A stretch of 63,974 nt of DNA, counting the filler, from Octopus bimaculoides (Eukaryota): assembly GCF_001194135.2 (NCBI RefSeq). It is 8 parts of 7 records of this genome, joined end to end, with 100 filler letters (N's around TTAATTAATTAA, not from the genome) between each part and the next. Parts side by side here need not be neighbours in the genome. Positions count along the whole stretch, not along the records: positions 1 to 13,991 come from NC_068984.1; positions 14,092 to 25,702 come from NC_068985.1; 6 more parts are not named here. One strand, given 5' to 3'. Shown here one piece after another: positions 10,891-23,425 of this stretch (its first letter is position 1; each line of letters starts with the position of its first letter). The notes under the pieces are model-generated. The model saw nothing but the letters and a program-made list of their open reading frames with translations. It made no database searches and was not told the DNA's origin. The position numbers and the translations under genes are program-made.

Positions 10891-11711
10891 TACGATTCTT
10901 TATTAATACGAAAACAAAATAAAGTTAGCATCCGTATAAATCATCTTTATTCGCTATGGCGGTGGACAAGTTTAAAAAGTTTAAATCCATTTGAATATTA
11001 TTAAATATAGCAATGTACCTCCTTCTCTTTTCAGTCGTTACTGCACCCCCAACAACCACAAGTAGGAACATTGGTTTAGAGAATAACGAAAACAAATATG
11101 TCACATACCTACACAGCTTATTTCTCTAACATCTATAAACAAATATACAACCGCATACATATGTCTGTAAACTGCATATCATTAGACAAGCTATGTTATT
11201 CGTCCGTAAAGCTACATATTTTATGCAATTTTGTCCTAGATTTCCGACCATATGTTACGTACTCGCGATTTAATTAGGGTCACTTCCGGTTTAATGTAAC
11301 AACTACCAGAAAAGTCAATGTAAATCCTGAAACAAAAAATATAAAACAATTTAACAATAACAAACAAGTTTTAGCTAACATTAGTTTGGTTCAGGAGCAG
11401 AACAAGATGGCAGCGTGTCTCTTCTGCTCGAAAATACTCATTTAAACTTCCTCTCCTACATAAACCATCATATGACACATTACATATTTATCTTTGATTT
11501 TTGTTTTTGTTGAAATTTCTATAAAATTGAAAGCATTAATTATAACGAAAAGTATTACAATAATTAGAACGTAGCTAACAGCCAGAATTGTGTTAGAGGC
11601 TGACTATGGTTGTTCGGTATTATTACAAAAGTTAAATGAGTAAAGATGACATTGAATATCTGCAGCACATTAGCAAACTGTAACAGCCGACACACACAGA
11701 CACACACACAC

Positions 11712-11754
<43 letters not shown>

Positions 11755-11814
11755 NNNNNNNNNNTACACACACACACACACACACACACGCACGCACGCA
11801 CGCACACACCTACA

Positions 11815-12980
11815 CAGAGGGTGCGATAGGTATTTGAATGCATATTTGGTAATTTAATAAAATAACTTTATTCTCACAAAAATTGAATACATTTTAATTT
11901 CAACAAACTGTTCTTGTTCTCCACAAGCTTTCTCAAAAGGTTATTCTACGAATCCACCTTCAGTTTCAACGACAGCATCAGGGCGAGAGAGGATTCGCTG
12001 TCATGCGTGCACTAAATGGTCCTTTATTAGTTTCGGACATTAGCTGGACAATGATGGCCTTCAGTGAAACTATGGAATTGTGAGGATCTCGATTTCTCTC
12101 CCTTTTAACAACATTTCAAACATATTAGCCCATGGGATTTGAACCTGGTGAGTTTTGAGACGATAAGTCTGGTGTTACATGATCATAAAGATAGTCAGAG
12201 ATCCATTCTTGGGTTACGTGCGTTTTGTGAGAATGTGCTGAGTCTTGTTGAAATACATAGGGCCTTCCACAACGGACTTCATCAATCCAAGCATCAACAA
12301 CTGTCCCAGCACCTCGAAGTATTCAGCAGCATTAATTCTCAGACCCTATGGAAAGATGTGATGAGGAGGCATGATATGACCTTTGTTGTTATTGATCACT
12401 TCTGAAACCGTCACAATTGTAAACTTTGTGGGCACCAAACTAAGGACATCAGACAGATCTGTACATAACCATCTTGTTGGACTTTTGAATCCGTTCCAAG
12501 TTTTTTTTCCCCGTTATCACCAGAGAAGAAAGAAAGCACGCCATGCCGTTACTGGACTTTAGTAATGGTTTGGCACGGATCAGACGGTTTTTCCGTGTCT
12601 TTGCAGGCATGAATTGGCCTCTCTTCCCGACACACGACTTGTAACGAATGTCTTCGTGCACCACAGTTCTTATATTAATGGTTTGTAGGAACACTGTATT
12701 TCGTTATGCAACCATAATATGCTACAAAGTATATTAAACGTTATTTTATAAGTCAATACCGTGTGCTTCTGTGTTAGCAGTGCACTTAAATCACGTGTTA
12801 AGGTCATCTCTACAGATTTTCTATCGGAATTATTAGCCAGCAACTGATTTTGTTATGATGCTTCGTATCCGAGACGTCAAATGTAAACAAACAATGAAAA
12901 CTTGGATGAAAAGATGGTTAATGGGTGTGTATGCCATATTTCGGGAGTTTTTGCTCCTTCGTTAGCACCCATCTAACCCC
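11815..12980 (-). mobile_element. Decayed Tc1/mariner-superfamily DDD/E transposon (transposase pseudogene)
   Basis: Frameshifted minus-strand frames give GHIMPPHIF...INAAEY, a FQQD-like segment, TQEWISDYLYDHVTPD, an SPDLNPMD-like motif and AVVETEGGFVE*. Confidence 0.75.
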
Positions 12981-13113
12981 TTAATCAGCCACGAACACAT
13001 TACTTAAATAACCACTAAACATAGCCGTGTAACGTTATTGGATTTACCAATTTTATATGTTAAACACATTCCTCGAATTGCACAGGTTTTATGCTCCACC
13101 CAGCCATGATAGA

Positions 13114-13166
<53 letters not shown>

Positions 13167-13272
13167 CAATATATATATATGTGTGTGAGTGTGTGTGTGG
13201 GGGGGGGACAATACCGAACTGACTTGGTGTCATCTTAAGCACCTAATTTAACTGAATCTTAAGTATATATAT

Positions 13273-13317
<45 letters not shown>

Positions 13318-13959
13318 ATATATATATATGTAATATATATGTGTGTGTGCATATATGTATATATGTATGTATGTAAACATATTTACATGCATACACACAC
13401 ATCCCCACATACAGACATACATGCATGTACACATATATGTGCATATCCATACATGCACTTACACACACACACATTAATAACAAATGTTTCTTTGTTTTTA
13501 AGTTGAGTTATGATGAAAGCAATTTAACAATTTAACTGAAGGATCTCTCGCTACTTTTGTAAAGGGCCTATTTATTACACTTTTACAATAAAATTAGTGG
13601 GACTTCGAAAGACCGAAACTTCGAAATCACTGTCACTTGTTAAGAATATTCCATACAAATCGTCTAACATTTTATATTCCAGTGAATTAATCTCAAAATA
13701 TATTTTTACAGTCAAATCGTTTCAAAATATAATATGTATTAAAAAAATAGATTATCACGATTAAATTATGTCAACGTGCATTCTTATGTATTCCGAAATA
13801 TCAAATCACGTACAAAATACTTTAACTACACTCAAATCACTCAAAGACTGCAGATTCCAAAGTACAATGAAATCATTTTAAAAAACCTTGCAAAACTTTC
13901 AAAGTCCATGCATGCATCTCTGTTATTTATATGCATGTACATATGTGTATGTATATATA

Positions 13960-13991
<32 letters not shown>

Positions 13992-14035
13992 NNNNNNNNN
14001 NNNNNNNNNNNNNNNNNNNNNNNNNNNNNNNNNNN

Positions 14036-14047
14036 TTAATTAATTAA
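14036..14047. other. Assembly scaffolding linker TTAATTAATTAA (also at 25747, 39923, 50821, 55040, 61121, 62790)
   Basis: Each copy sits within a fixed-length N block (44 N + 12 + 44 N where counted) and gives stops in all six frames. Confidence 0.95.
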
Positions 14048-14091
14048 NNNNNNNNNNNNNNNNNNNNNNNNNNNNNNNNNNNNNNNNNNNN

Positions 14092-14122
<31 letters not shown>

Positions 14123-14752
14123 ACGACAGGATTCTTTCAGTTTCTCTCTACCATACACTAACATGCCTCTGGTCGGCTCGAGATTATAGTAGAATACACA
14201 TGCCCAAATTGTTACAGAGGTGGATTGAAACCGGAAACGTGCGTTTGGGAAGGAAATTTCTTACCAGACGGTCACGCCTGCATTTATAATATAATTTCCC
14301 AACAATTGCCTTATGAGATAGAATCTTTGTAACAAAATTATGTTGTTCAATACCCAGCAGGCGATTAGTGGACACTATAATCCATAGCGGTATAATAGAG
14401 GCATTAATTATGCAAGATTTGGCGATCAATGTCAGTGCATGTGTTTAAGTGTGTGTGCGTGTAAATATATATACAGTAGCAAGGTACTTGGCGCCGACTA
14501 GGAAACAAGTAATTTTGTTGATGTTGATGGGCCATGAGCAATTATCTTTTATTTTTGTTAAAGATATTTTACTGCGGTCATGCTGAGGCACTGCCCAGGA
14601 AATCTTTTATCGAACCAATTAGCACTAGTGCCTATTTCTTTAAGTTTGGTACTAACTCAATCGATCGCGCTTGAAGGCAACATGAACAAGCCATTACCGA
14701 ATGACAAGGGCTATGAAGAAGACAAACACAAAAATATACAGACATATATATA

Positions 14753-15131
14753 TTCTTTTATTCTTGTACTTGTTTCAATGATTTGACTGCCCATGCTGTA
14801 GCACTGCCTTTAGTCGAGCAAATCGACCCCAGGACTTATTCCTTGTAAGCCTAGAACTTATTGTATTGGTCTCTTTTGCAGAACTGCTATGTTACGGGGA
14901 CGTAAACAGACAAGCATCGGCTGTCAAGTGATGTGTGGGGGGGAGCAAACACACGCACACACATACATATATATGCAACGAGCTTCTTTCAGTGTCCGTC
15001 TACCGAATCCCTGCACAATGCTTTGTCGAACCGAGGCTATAGTAGAAGACACTTGCCCAAGGTGCCAAGCAGTGGGACTGAACCCGAAACCATGTGATTG
15101 GTAAGGAAGCTACTTACCACACAGCCAGTCC
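14753..15131 (-). mobile_element. Full-length family-A SINE (tRNA head, CORE-like box, internal microsatellite)
   Basis: Reverse complement of GGACTGGCTGTGTGGTAAG...GGTTCAGTCCCACTGC..GGCACCTTGGGCAAGTGTCTTC...; matches 31961-32352 and 48005-48410. Confidence 0.9.
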
Positions 15132-15228
15132 TATGTATGTATGCATATATANNNNNNNNNNCATATATATATATATATACATATGTGTATGTATATATGT
15201 ATATATATATATAAATATATATATATAT

Positions 15229-15275
<47 letters not shown>

Positions 15276-15519
15276 GACATACAGACAGACAGACAGGCAG
15301 ATAGATAGCTAGATAGATTGATAGGATGGACTTCCACAATTTCCGTCCACCAAATTCACCCACAAGGCTCTAATCGACCAGAGCCTACAGACGAAGTCTC
15401 TTGTTCAAGACGCCTCCCAGTGGTATTGAACTCGAAGGCATATGATTGTAAAGTGAGCTTCCTAACGGAATCTGTATTGCTAACTCTTGCATTACTTGAA
15501 GCACAACGTTTGTTTTCTT

Positions 15520-17170
15520 TGTAACAGAGATAACACAGTTCAAAATGTCGCATTTCTTGCAGAACAATGGCAAGTAATTCTCAGCAAATGGCTTAGTGAT
15601 AAACAAAGTTCTTAGTTTTACCACTTTTTTCAGTGATAGAAAGGTCGTTTTTGCTTCTAACATAACAAAGTTATCTACAACTTTTAATCCAAAAATTTCT
15701 TGATTGACATTGCAAAGCTTACACATATTGGAATTTATCGTCTCTCGAATACAAATGGCAAATCAGTTTGACTAATAGTGATTCTAAGAATATATATATG
15801 TCTCTTGTTCTACTTCCAAATGGAATTGTAATCTCAATAACGCGTGGTGAGTGATTTGTAACTGCTAGTCTTATCACATTGTACAGATACGTTGGATCGA
15901 AATTACGAAGTAGCCAGAAGTATGTTCCTGTTATAAAATACAAACAGTTTAACTGATCTCGAGTGTGTTTTAATGAATCTAGAGCTTGTATTGAAACACT
16001 TGGTTCTTTTTTTTATAAGATTGAGTCCCAAACAAAACCTGGGGCCACTATAGCGTAAAGAACTATACACTAGAAAACAAAATGGGCCTACAAATTCAAA
16101 ACATGACCATATTCCAGTGGAAAACAAGACGATGGTAATGAATTCAAGAGAGCGTTTGTTCGAAGAAAGAAGCTATTATAATAACAGGCCTTATGTACTA
16201 AAAGAAAACTCAACAGAGAAAAGACACGATTAGGCAGAGTAGCGGGTGACATGTTTAACGCTGTTGGAGTTGGGTACTAGAGTAGAAAGTTCAACAGAGC
16301 AATTCTTGATTAGGATCAGGAACTGTAGCAGTGGTCCTTATCAGTTAACTGGTGCTGAAGCTGTATGTTAATGACTGGTACCAAATACCTTTGAATATGG
16401 TATTACTCTTTTATAAAAGAACCTGAGTTTCTGATTATTTCCAGAGAATGATTGGTAGGACCAATATTTTTCAGTTACCCTACAGAATCAACTGTTATAT
16501 TTACTTACTCAAATTCAGTTCTTCCTTTCTTATTTAACCTTTTCCGTTGCTTTTAGTTGTAAATTGTTTGCGAATGTTCTACATAGATGTAGAATGGCCA
16601 CATATCTATGTATAACAGGATTTTTTTTTGTTTGCATATCAGCAATGATAAGATGACTTTGCGCTGCCAGTCGACAAGATATCGTTGAATGTCTGTTGAG
16701 ATAACGAGCAATGCATATCATGAGTCCACAATTACAAACCAATGGGACCTTGCAGTCTTTTACGGATACCTTGCAGTATACTTTTCAGAGACTTGTGTGA
16801 CATAGTATCTTCGCCACAAACAAACCTTCTGTATAACCTCATCTCGATTATTTTTATTGATGCTGGATGTAACATCTTCAATTTTCAAGTTAAAAAGCAG
16901 CATGAATGTAGCATGGGCTGACTTGGATCCTTTCAGAATAGTCACTGTAATCCTCCAGGAAGCATCAGCAAGTGTAATTTCTTGGTTTTGAGCAACTTTT
17001 GCCAACGAGTCCATGAAAATATTTTCCCAATTCCCCCAGTGGCATCACGGTAGAATAATCTGTCTTTCCCAAACAGAACACAATCTATGATTGTTAAGTA
17101 CGTAATCGTTGAATTGATAAAATATTTCTTATGATGTTTGTTAAGGAAGTAACTGTGGCTCATTCATTTA
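15520..17170 (-). pseudogene. Helitron RepHel PIF1-type helicase remnant
   Basis: Broken frames: Walker-A-like DATGGIGKIF, LAKVAQNQEITLADAS..ITVTILKGSKSAHATF, QTKKNPVI (GDFRQxxPVI-like) and LLRNFDPTYLYNVIRLAV (LLRNLxxxxLCNGTRL-like); many stops and frameshifts. Confidence 0.8.
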
Positions 17171-17349
17171 AATTTAAACTTCTTTAGATTTGAAAATTAT
17201 CGTTCATCAAGAAATCAAATAGAAGATCTGAGACAATGTATAGAAGAAGAAAGTAAGAAATATGGCACGGAAATGGACCAAAAGGAAGTTGTCCTTGAAA
17301 TAGTTTGATAGTTTACAATTATAAGGCGGTGTACTAACTGGCAGTTCAT

Positions 17350-17655
17350 TGGTTACGAGGACGAAGATTCCCCTTGATCCGATTAACAGAACAGTCTGCA
17401 CATGAAATTAATGTGAAAGTAGCCCATCGTTCCAAGTCACGCGTGCGTTTAACGTAGTTCTAAAAAAGATTCAGCGTGAATTATTATATGACTAGGCTGA
17501 CTATTTGAATTACAGGTACAACACATTTTTGCCAGTTAAGAGGATGGGTGCTAAGTGAAAAAGAATATTTTGCTCAAGGACACAACGCATCGCCCCGATT
17601 CGAACTCGTTACGATCGTGAGCCGAATATCCTAACCACTAAACCACGCTCATTCA
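17350..17655 (-). mobile_element. Decayed SINE (family D head with family C-like 3' end)
   Basis: TTTTGCTCAAGGACACAACGC...ACGATCGTGAGCCGAATATCCTAACCACTAAACCACGC is the reverse complement of a tRNA-like head. Confidence 0.7.
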
Positions 17656-18420
17656 TGATAAGGTGTACAACTGCTAGACATACATGACTTCTTCCAAAAA
17701 ATGTCTCACCTAATCATCGGGAGTTGGGCTGAGGTGACAGGCGTCTTTAGACATATAGCTCAAATTTCGTCGGTGTCTACGCTGACATTTCCAGAAATTA
17801 GTAGATATGGACATAAACTACCGGAGAGTGTTGGAAATTGAGAAAGCAATATAGAAGTCTGAGAGAAATAGTCAGTAACTGGATGGAAACTTACAGAGAA
17901 TGATGCAAATTGCCGCTGATTGCCAGCTAGACCTGACCGTGAATTAATAAACATTGATGGAGACTGCCGGATATTGGTATTGATCGTCAAAAATTGATGG
18001 CAATTGCAGGAAATTGACAGAATTTGTCGTAAATTGGTAGAAAATTACCAAATAATTTGCAGAACCAAAACTGCTAGGATTTAACATGCATTACTATTTC
18101 AACTTAGAGATTCCCTCTTTAGCTATTTCCGTTAGGTAAGTTGCATATTACGCTACCTTTTTTACGCAGCTTTTACAGAATATATAAGTGCCTCACAATA
18201 CCTGGCATGTAAACGGACCGCTCAGCGTTGTGGGCAAATATCCGAACAGAATGGTTTGTTTTAGGTACGTCCCGGGCCATTCATTAATATGTTTGCCACT
18301 GTCATCGATATTTTCGCTAACATCTGGGACGTTGTGATTTACTGAATGAGAGCTACGACGATGGCCGAGAAAAGTAACCAGTGCAAATATGCACCGGTGC
18401 CAGGCCTATGTATCTTTAAA

Positions 18421-18514
18421 CTGGGGGTCACTGATCTATCTGGGGTCACTGATCTATCTGGGGTCACTGATCTATCTGGGGTCACTGATCTATCTGGGGT
18501 CACTGATCTATCTG
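18421..18514. repeat. 18-bp minisatellite (CTGGGGTCACTGATCTAT)x5
   Basis: Five near-perfect head-to-tail units with no spacers. Confidence 0.95.
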
Positions 18515-18764
18515 GTATTAGGGATAAATCTGAGAAGACTTTTGGCTCGCCAGACTTTAAATCGTTGAAGTGGCTGGTGCAGTGGCCTCTTCTCTTTGGC
18601 TGTGCACATGAATTGGTTTGACGACCCTCTATGCTCTTCTACATTCAGGTGTGGTAATGTGGAGCATACTTGGATGTGTACGTGATGTAGCACCTGTATG
18701 GGCCTACAGATATAATTAGGAATAGTCATATGTGGTTATTGCTAGTTTATTGTTATTAAGTGAA

Positions 18765-19080
18765 TGCGTGTCGCTTATTGGTTTGGGTATTCGGCTCACA
18801 ATCGTAAGGTGGTGAGTTCAATTCCCGGTGACGTGTTGTGTCCTTGAGTAAGACGCTGTATTTCACGTTGTTGCAGGCCACCCAGCTGGCAAAAAATGAG
18901 GTGTTCCTCTATTTCAAAGCGCAGACCTTGTCACACTCTGCGTCATGCTTAAATCTCCTTGAGAACTATATTGAGGGTACACGTGTTTGTGGAGTCCTTA
19001 GCTACTTACTCCTTAATTACATGAACTGTTTGCTCTGTTGATCAGGTCAGCTGGAGCCTTAGTCGTCCTAACCGAGAAAG
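18765..19080 (+). mobile_element. SINE (family D head, family C-like 3' end)
   Basis: GGTATTCGGCTCACAATCGTAAGGTGGTGAGTTCAATTCCCGG head, then GGGTACACGTGTTTGTGGAG shared with 33960-34349. Confidence 0.75.
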
Positions 19081-19521
19081 TACCAGTAGTGTTGTTACTT
19101 AATTTGGAATACAAAAATGGGTATTCCAAATTTATGTCTTTGCTTTTATTGATGAAGATGATGATCTTTAACCCTATATTAGGTTTGATCGAGTACACTA
19201 TATGAATAGTACAGATGGCGATATACATTACAATGTGCGTGATTTTCCCTAATATAGTGAAACTTAATCTCAATGAAGTAGTCGGGCTATGTCTTCATGG
19301 TTAGGAAACAATAGAGTTTGGCAGTAGAAATCACAAGTAGATTACAATAATGATTACTGAAAGAAGATACTCAATAAAAGAGTACTCCAGAGACGATCAA
19401 TGCTCGTGTATATTGTCTGAAATTTCCATCTGTTTCCCACTTTTAGAAACCTTTCTTATTTCGTTATTTCCTGTCGTTAGGTTCATGTTTCCGATCCTTT
19501 AGCCCAATTTACATCGAAATA

Positions 19522-19568
<47 letters not shown>

Positions 19569-19997
19569 TATATACACACATTCATATGCACACACGCNNN
19601 NNNNNNNNNNNNNNNNNNNNNNNNNNNNNNNNNNNNNNNNNNNNNNNNNNNNNNNNNNNNNNNNNATATATATATATATACATTCATATGTATAAATATG
19701 CGTATATATTTGTACATATATTTATGTCTGTGCGTGTGTGTGTAAATATACGTAGCAGACATGCACGCATTTTCCCTGTAGAATGAAAACAATGATAAAC
19801 AATCTAAATCAATGTTCGACCTTTATTGGCCTCTCATCACAAAGTTCAACATTTCATGACCAATGCCAGAAAAACAAGCAGCCAATCTGTATCTGTTTAT
19901 ACACACAACAAAACCGATCGTTTCAGAGATCTGTAGCAACTAATCTGTATACAATAAATGCTTGGCACATCATATAATATTTTAATATATATTTTAA

Positions 19998-20640
19998 GGC
20001 GGTAGGCTAGCACAATCCTTTCTTTGCCGGGAAAAATTCCATGGTGGTATTTTGTCGGGTTTTTTTTACGTTCTGAATTCAAATTTCGCCGAAGTCGAAG
20101 CTGCCTTTACCAATTTGAAGATCGATAAAATAAGTACAAGCTGAACAATAGGTTCGATGTAAATCGAATTACTCCATTTCCCAGAAATTGTTAACCTTGT
20201 TCCAAAGTTTGAAACCAATATATATACGAGTAATAAATTGGCAATTTGGAAGAAACGTTAGCACGCCGGGCAAAATGCTTAACGATCTTTCGTCCGTCTT
20301 TTCCTCCAAGTTCAAATTCCACCGAAGTCGACTTCGGCTTTCATCCTTTTCGGGACGACGAAAATAAGAACCAGATAAACACTGCAGACGAAGTACTCGA
20401 TTAATCCGCCCCAACCCAAATTGCTGGACTTGTGCCAAAATTTGGAACCAATATTTTAATAAAGATTATGTCGGCGAACTGGCAGAGATTTCTTCCATCT
20501 TTGATTCTAGTTCAAATTCCGACGTGGTCGAATTTGCCTTCATCCTTTCGGTGTCGATAAGATACATATGAGTAGAGCACTGTGGTTAAAATAGTCGACT
20601 TACCCTCACTTACCAACAATTACTGACCATGTGCCAAAAT
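19998..20640 (+). mobile_element. Three tandem decayed family-B SINEs
   Basis: Three successive GTTC(T/A)AATT(T/C)C..CGA(A/C)GT(C/G)G(A/T) bodies about 220 bp apart. Confidence 0.75.
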
Positions 20641-20641
20641 A

Positions 20642-22174
20642 CAAAGTGGTATCAAAATGTTCCCGGATTAGTTATCTAGTATATATAAATCACTGTATAT
20701 GTGTATATAATAACTAATGCATACATTTCCACAATTTTCAACAGATTTTCACCAAACTTTGCACAAACGTTACCTATGTCCCAAGGAAGGTCATGCACTA
20801 TAATATTTTGCCCAGAGCTCGCACATAAATGAACGTGAATGGACATGGATTTTTGTATGTAGGGTCTTCCATGCTTTTTTAATCTTTTTATCAAAATGAA
20901 TGGATTTTGTCTATTTATTTCGACTTTCTACCTGTCACGGTGATTGAATTGACTAGGAACATTTTACGCAATGACTACCCCAATACCAAACAATCTTAAT
21001 CTCCATATTTAAACTACATTAAACCTTGGCAACCTTATCTTTACTTATTCTGAATTACTTGAAAGGTGATGTCCCCTTCCTTCTCTTCTATTTGTTGATA
21101 CATTTGTTTACCTACCAATGCTTTGTTTCACTTTCAGGATGCATATTTACCCATCCATTATGACATTTCGACTGCTGACCATTGTTTCAAATAATGTTAA
21201 CATTGTCTTTCTAACCTTTTTTAAACAATCACGTATGATTCGTACCAAAGAATCAACCTTTAAATAAGAGTTTTGCTTCAAATAGCGAAAGCTATACGTA
21301 TCTTTCAGAAAACCACATACAAATTTAACTTCATGCAGCATTCGTTGTTTGTTTATGCGTAGGCTATGTTGGAGCGCAGAATAAAGGGGTTTTTGCTAGA
21401 TTATCTCACCAAAAAAATAGCTCCCTTTTCTGCTGAAAAAAATAAACACGCAGAGGGAAAGTTTCAACGTCTTCCTTCAATTTCATTTCATAATTTATGT
21501 GGCTGTTTCTGACAAGAAATTTCGCTTTCATGTAAAACAACTATTTTGTAGTCATTACTGTAATCTACTCCCAAAATACTTCAGTTGCTCTATTTTGCAT
21601 CACTTGCAAACTTATATGTTCTATGATCATTAAAGTGCAATGGCCTCCACAATAACTAGCCTTCAATTTTCCTAGGTTAATCGGAAACATAGATTGCCGT
21701 GCGACTCATAAACCTTCTCGGCAGAAGAAAATACTACCAATGCAACTTAAACCGTCAAAAAGACGGGTGCGTTTGCTAGTGTTTAATAGAAAATAACTTA
21801 TTTACCTAAGTTTTAGCATCATCTCTTTCGAAATAGTCACCTTGCGCAGCAATACACCGGTCCCAGCGTTCCTGCCATTTTTGGAACCCGGTCTGGAGGT
21901 CGTTTTCCGTAAGCGAGTCGAGGACATTCTGCAATTCGTTTGGATCTCTTAAACAGCGTTAAAACAGCGACCTTCGAGTTGCATTTTCATTGTGGCAAAG
22001 AGATAGAAGTCCGCAGGGTCTAAACTTGGCGAATAGGGTGATTGTGAAAGCAACACCGATTGTGTTTGGTGAGAAATTCACGAGTGAAGGGAATACGGTG
22101 AAGGATCCATTTCTTCGCGCTTTAGAGATCCGGTCGCCACAGATCAAGTCCGGGAACGTTTTGATACCACCTTG
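20642..22174 (-). mobile_element. Internally deleted mariner (DD34D) interrupted by a Helitron
   Basis: TIRs CAAAGTGGTATCAAAATGTTCCCGGA / CAAGGTGGTATCAAAACGTTCCCGGA; minus frame PYSPSLDPADFYLF...FQKWQERWDRCIAAQGDYFE. Confidence 0.85.
20675..21779 (+). mobile_element. Non-autonomous Helitron (1105 bp)
   Basis: A|TC 5' end (TCTAGTATATATAAAT); 3' hairpin CCGTC-AAAAA-GACGG (21752-21766) 9 nt before CTAG|T; no TSD; removing it rejoins the mariner subterminal sequence. Confidence 0.8.
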
Positions 22175-22679
22175 TGCATATATGTCTGAGTAGATATTCA
22201 TGTGATGTGCCTATGCATTATTGCATGTACAAGATAAACATATGTGATGAGCCCGAGGTCTGTTAACGTTACAGTGTACACATGGCGTATAAGTTACAGG
22301 AATAATCCTCACTGGAACCGAACCTTGTCTTATCGCGGAGTTAACTCCAAAGTTATTGCTGAAATGCATTTATAGTTGAAAGGAATGGAGAAATGTGAAA
22401 CGAAGTGTTTACTTGCTAAATAACACCAAGCACCGCCCGGTGTGGGATCGAAACACGATCTTAAGATTGTGATACCAACAACCTAAAACTAGAGCACACG
22501 TGCAACACTAGAACACACGAGGGTACGCACATTTCAAGACACACCCAGATATGCGTGTGTCTTTGTGTGTGTTGTATGTGTGAGTGTGTGCGTGTCTGTG
22601 TATACATAGATAATATATGCATAAATATATTTGAAATGCAAATGTATATAGGTATATATGTAATATATGCTATATTTAT

Positions 22680-22759
<80 letters not shown>

Positions 22760-23378
22760 NNNNNNNNNNNNNNNNNNNNNNNNNNNNNNNNNNNNNNNNN
22801 NNNNNNNNNNNNNNNNNNNNNNNNNNNNNNNNNNNNNNNNNNNNNNNNNNNNNNNNNNNNNNNNNNNNNNNNNNNNNNNNNNNNNNNNNNNNNNNNNNNN
22901 NNNNNNNNNNNNNNNNNNNNNNNNNNNNNNNNNNNNNNNNNNNNNNNNNNNNNNNNNNNNNNNNNNNNNNNNNNNNNNNNNNNNNNNNNNNNNNNNNNNN
23001 NNNNNNNNNNNNNNNNNNNNNNNNNNNNNNNNNNNNNNNNNNNNNNNNNNNNNNNNNNNNNNNNNNNNNNNNNNNNNNNNNNNNNNNNNNNNNNNNNNNN
23101 NNNATATATATATATATATACTACAAGAAATATATTCACTGTATAACTACTCCCAGTTATAAGAATCTATTCAATAGACAACGACACTTACCTATAAGAC
23201 AGAGCGCACTTTGAGCCTCACAAAGAAATCAAAGGTTCTTTTTGTCCAGTAATTTATTGGATTTGTGTGTGTGTATATATATATATATATACACTCACAC
23301 AAAAAAAAAACGCACATACACACACACACATATACACACATACTATACATTTGGAGAGACCACTCCCTTCAAATGTAC

Positions 23379-23425
23379 CTGATTCCCAGACCTGCCCCGA
23401 TGCATACCACGAAACTCATTCCTGA
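23379..23425 (-). other. Candidate 47-nt exon of an unidentified minus-strand transcript
   Basis: Strong acceptor ttttctaattttgtcacttcatttcgcag and donor CAG|gtacat; a second consensus donor TAG|gtaagt lies at 23190-23192. Confidence 0.3.

Noticed and set aside
18421-18514. Possible CRISPR-like repeat array
   Set aside because: The units are contiguous with no spacers, there are no cas genes and the context is eukaryotic; it is a minisatellite.
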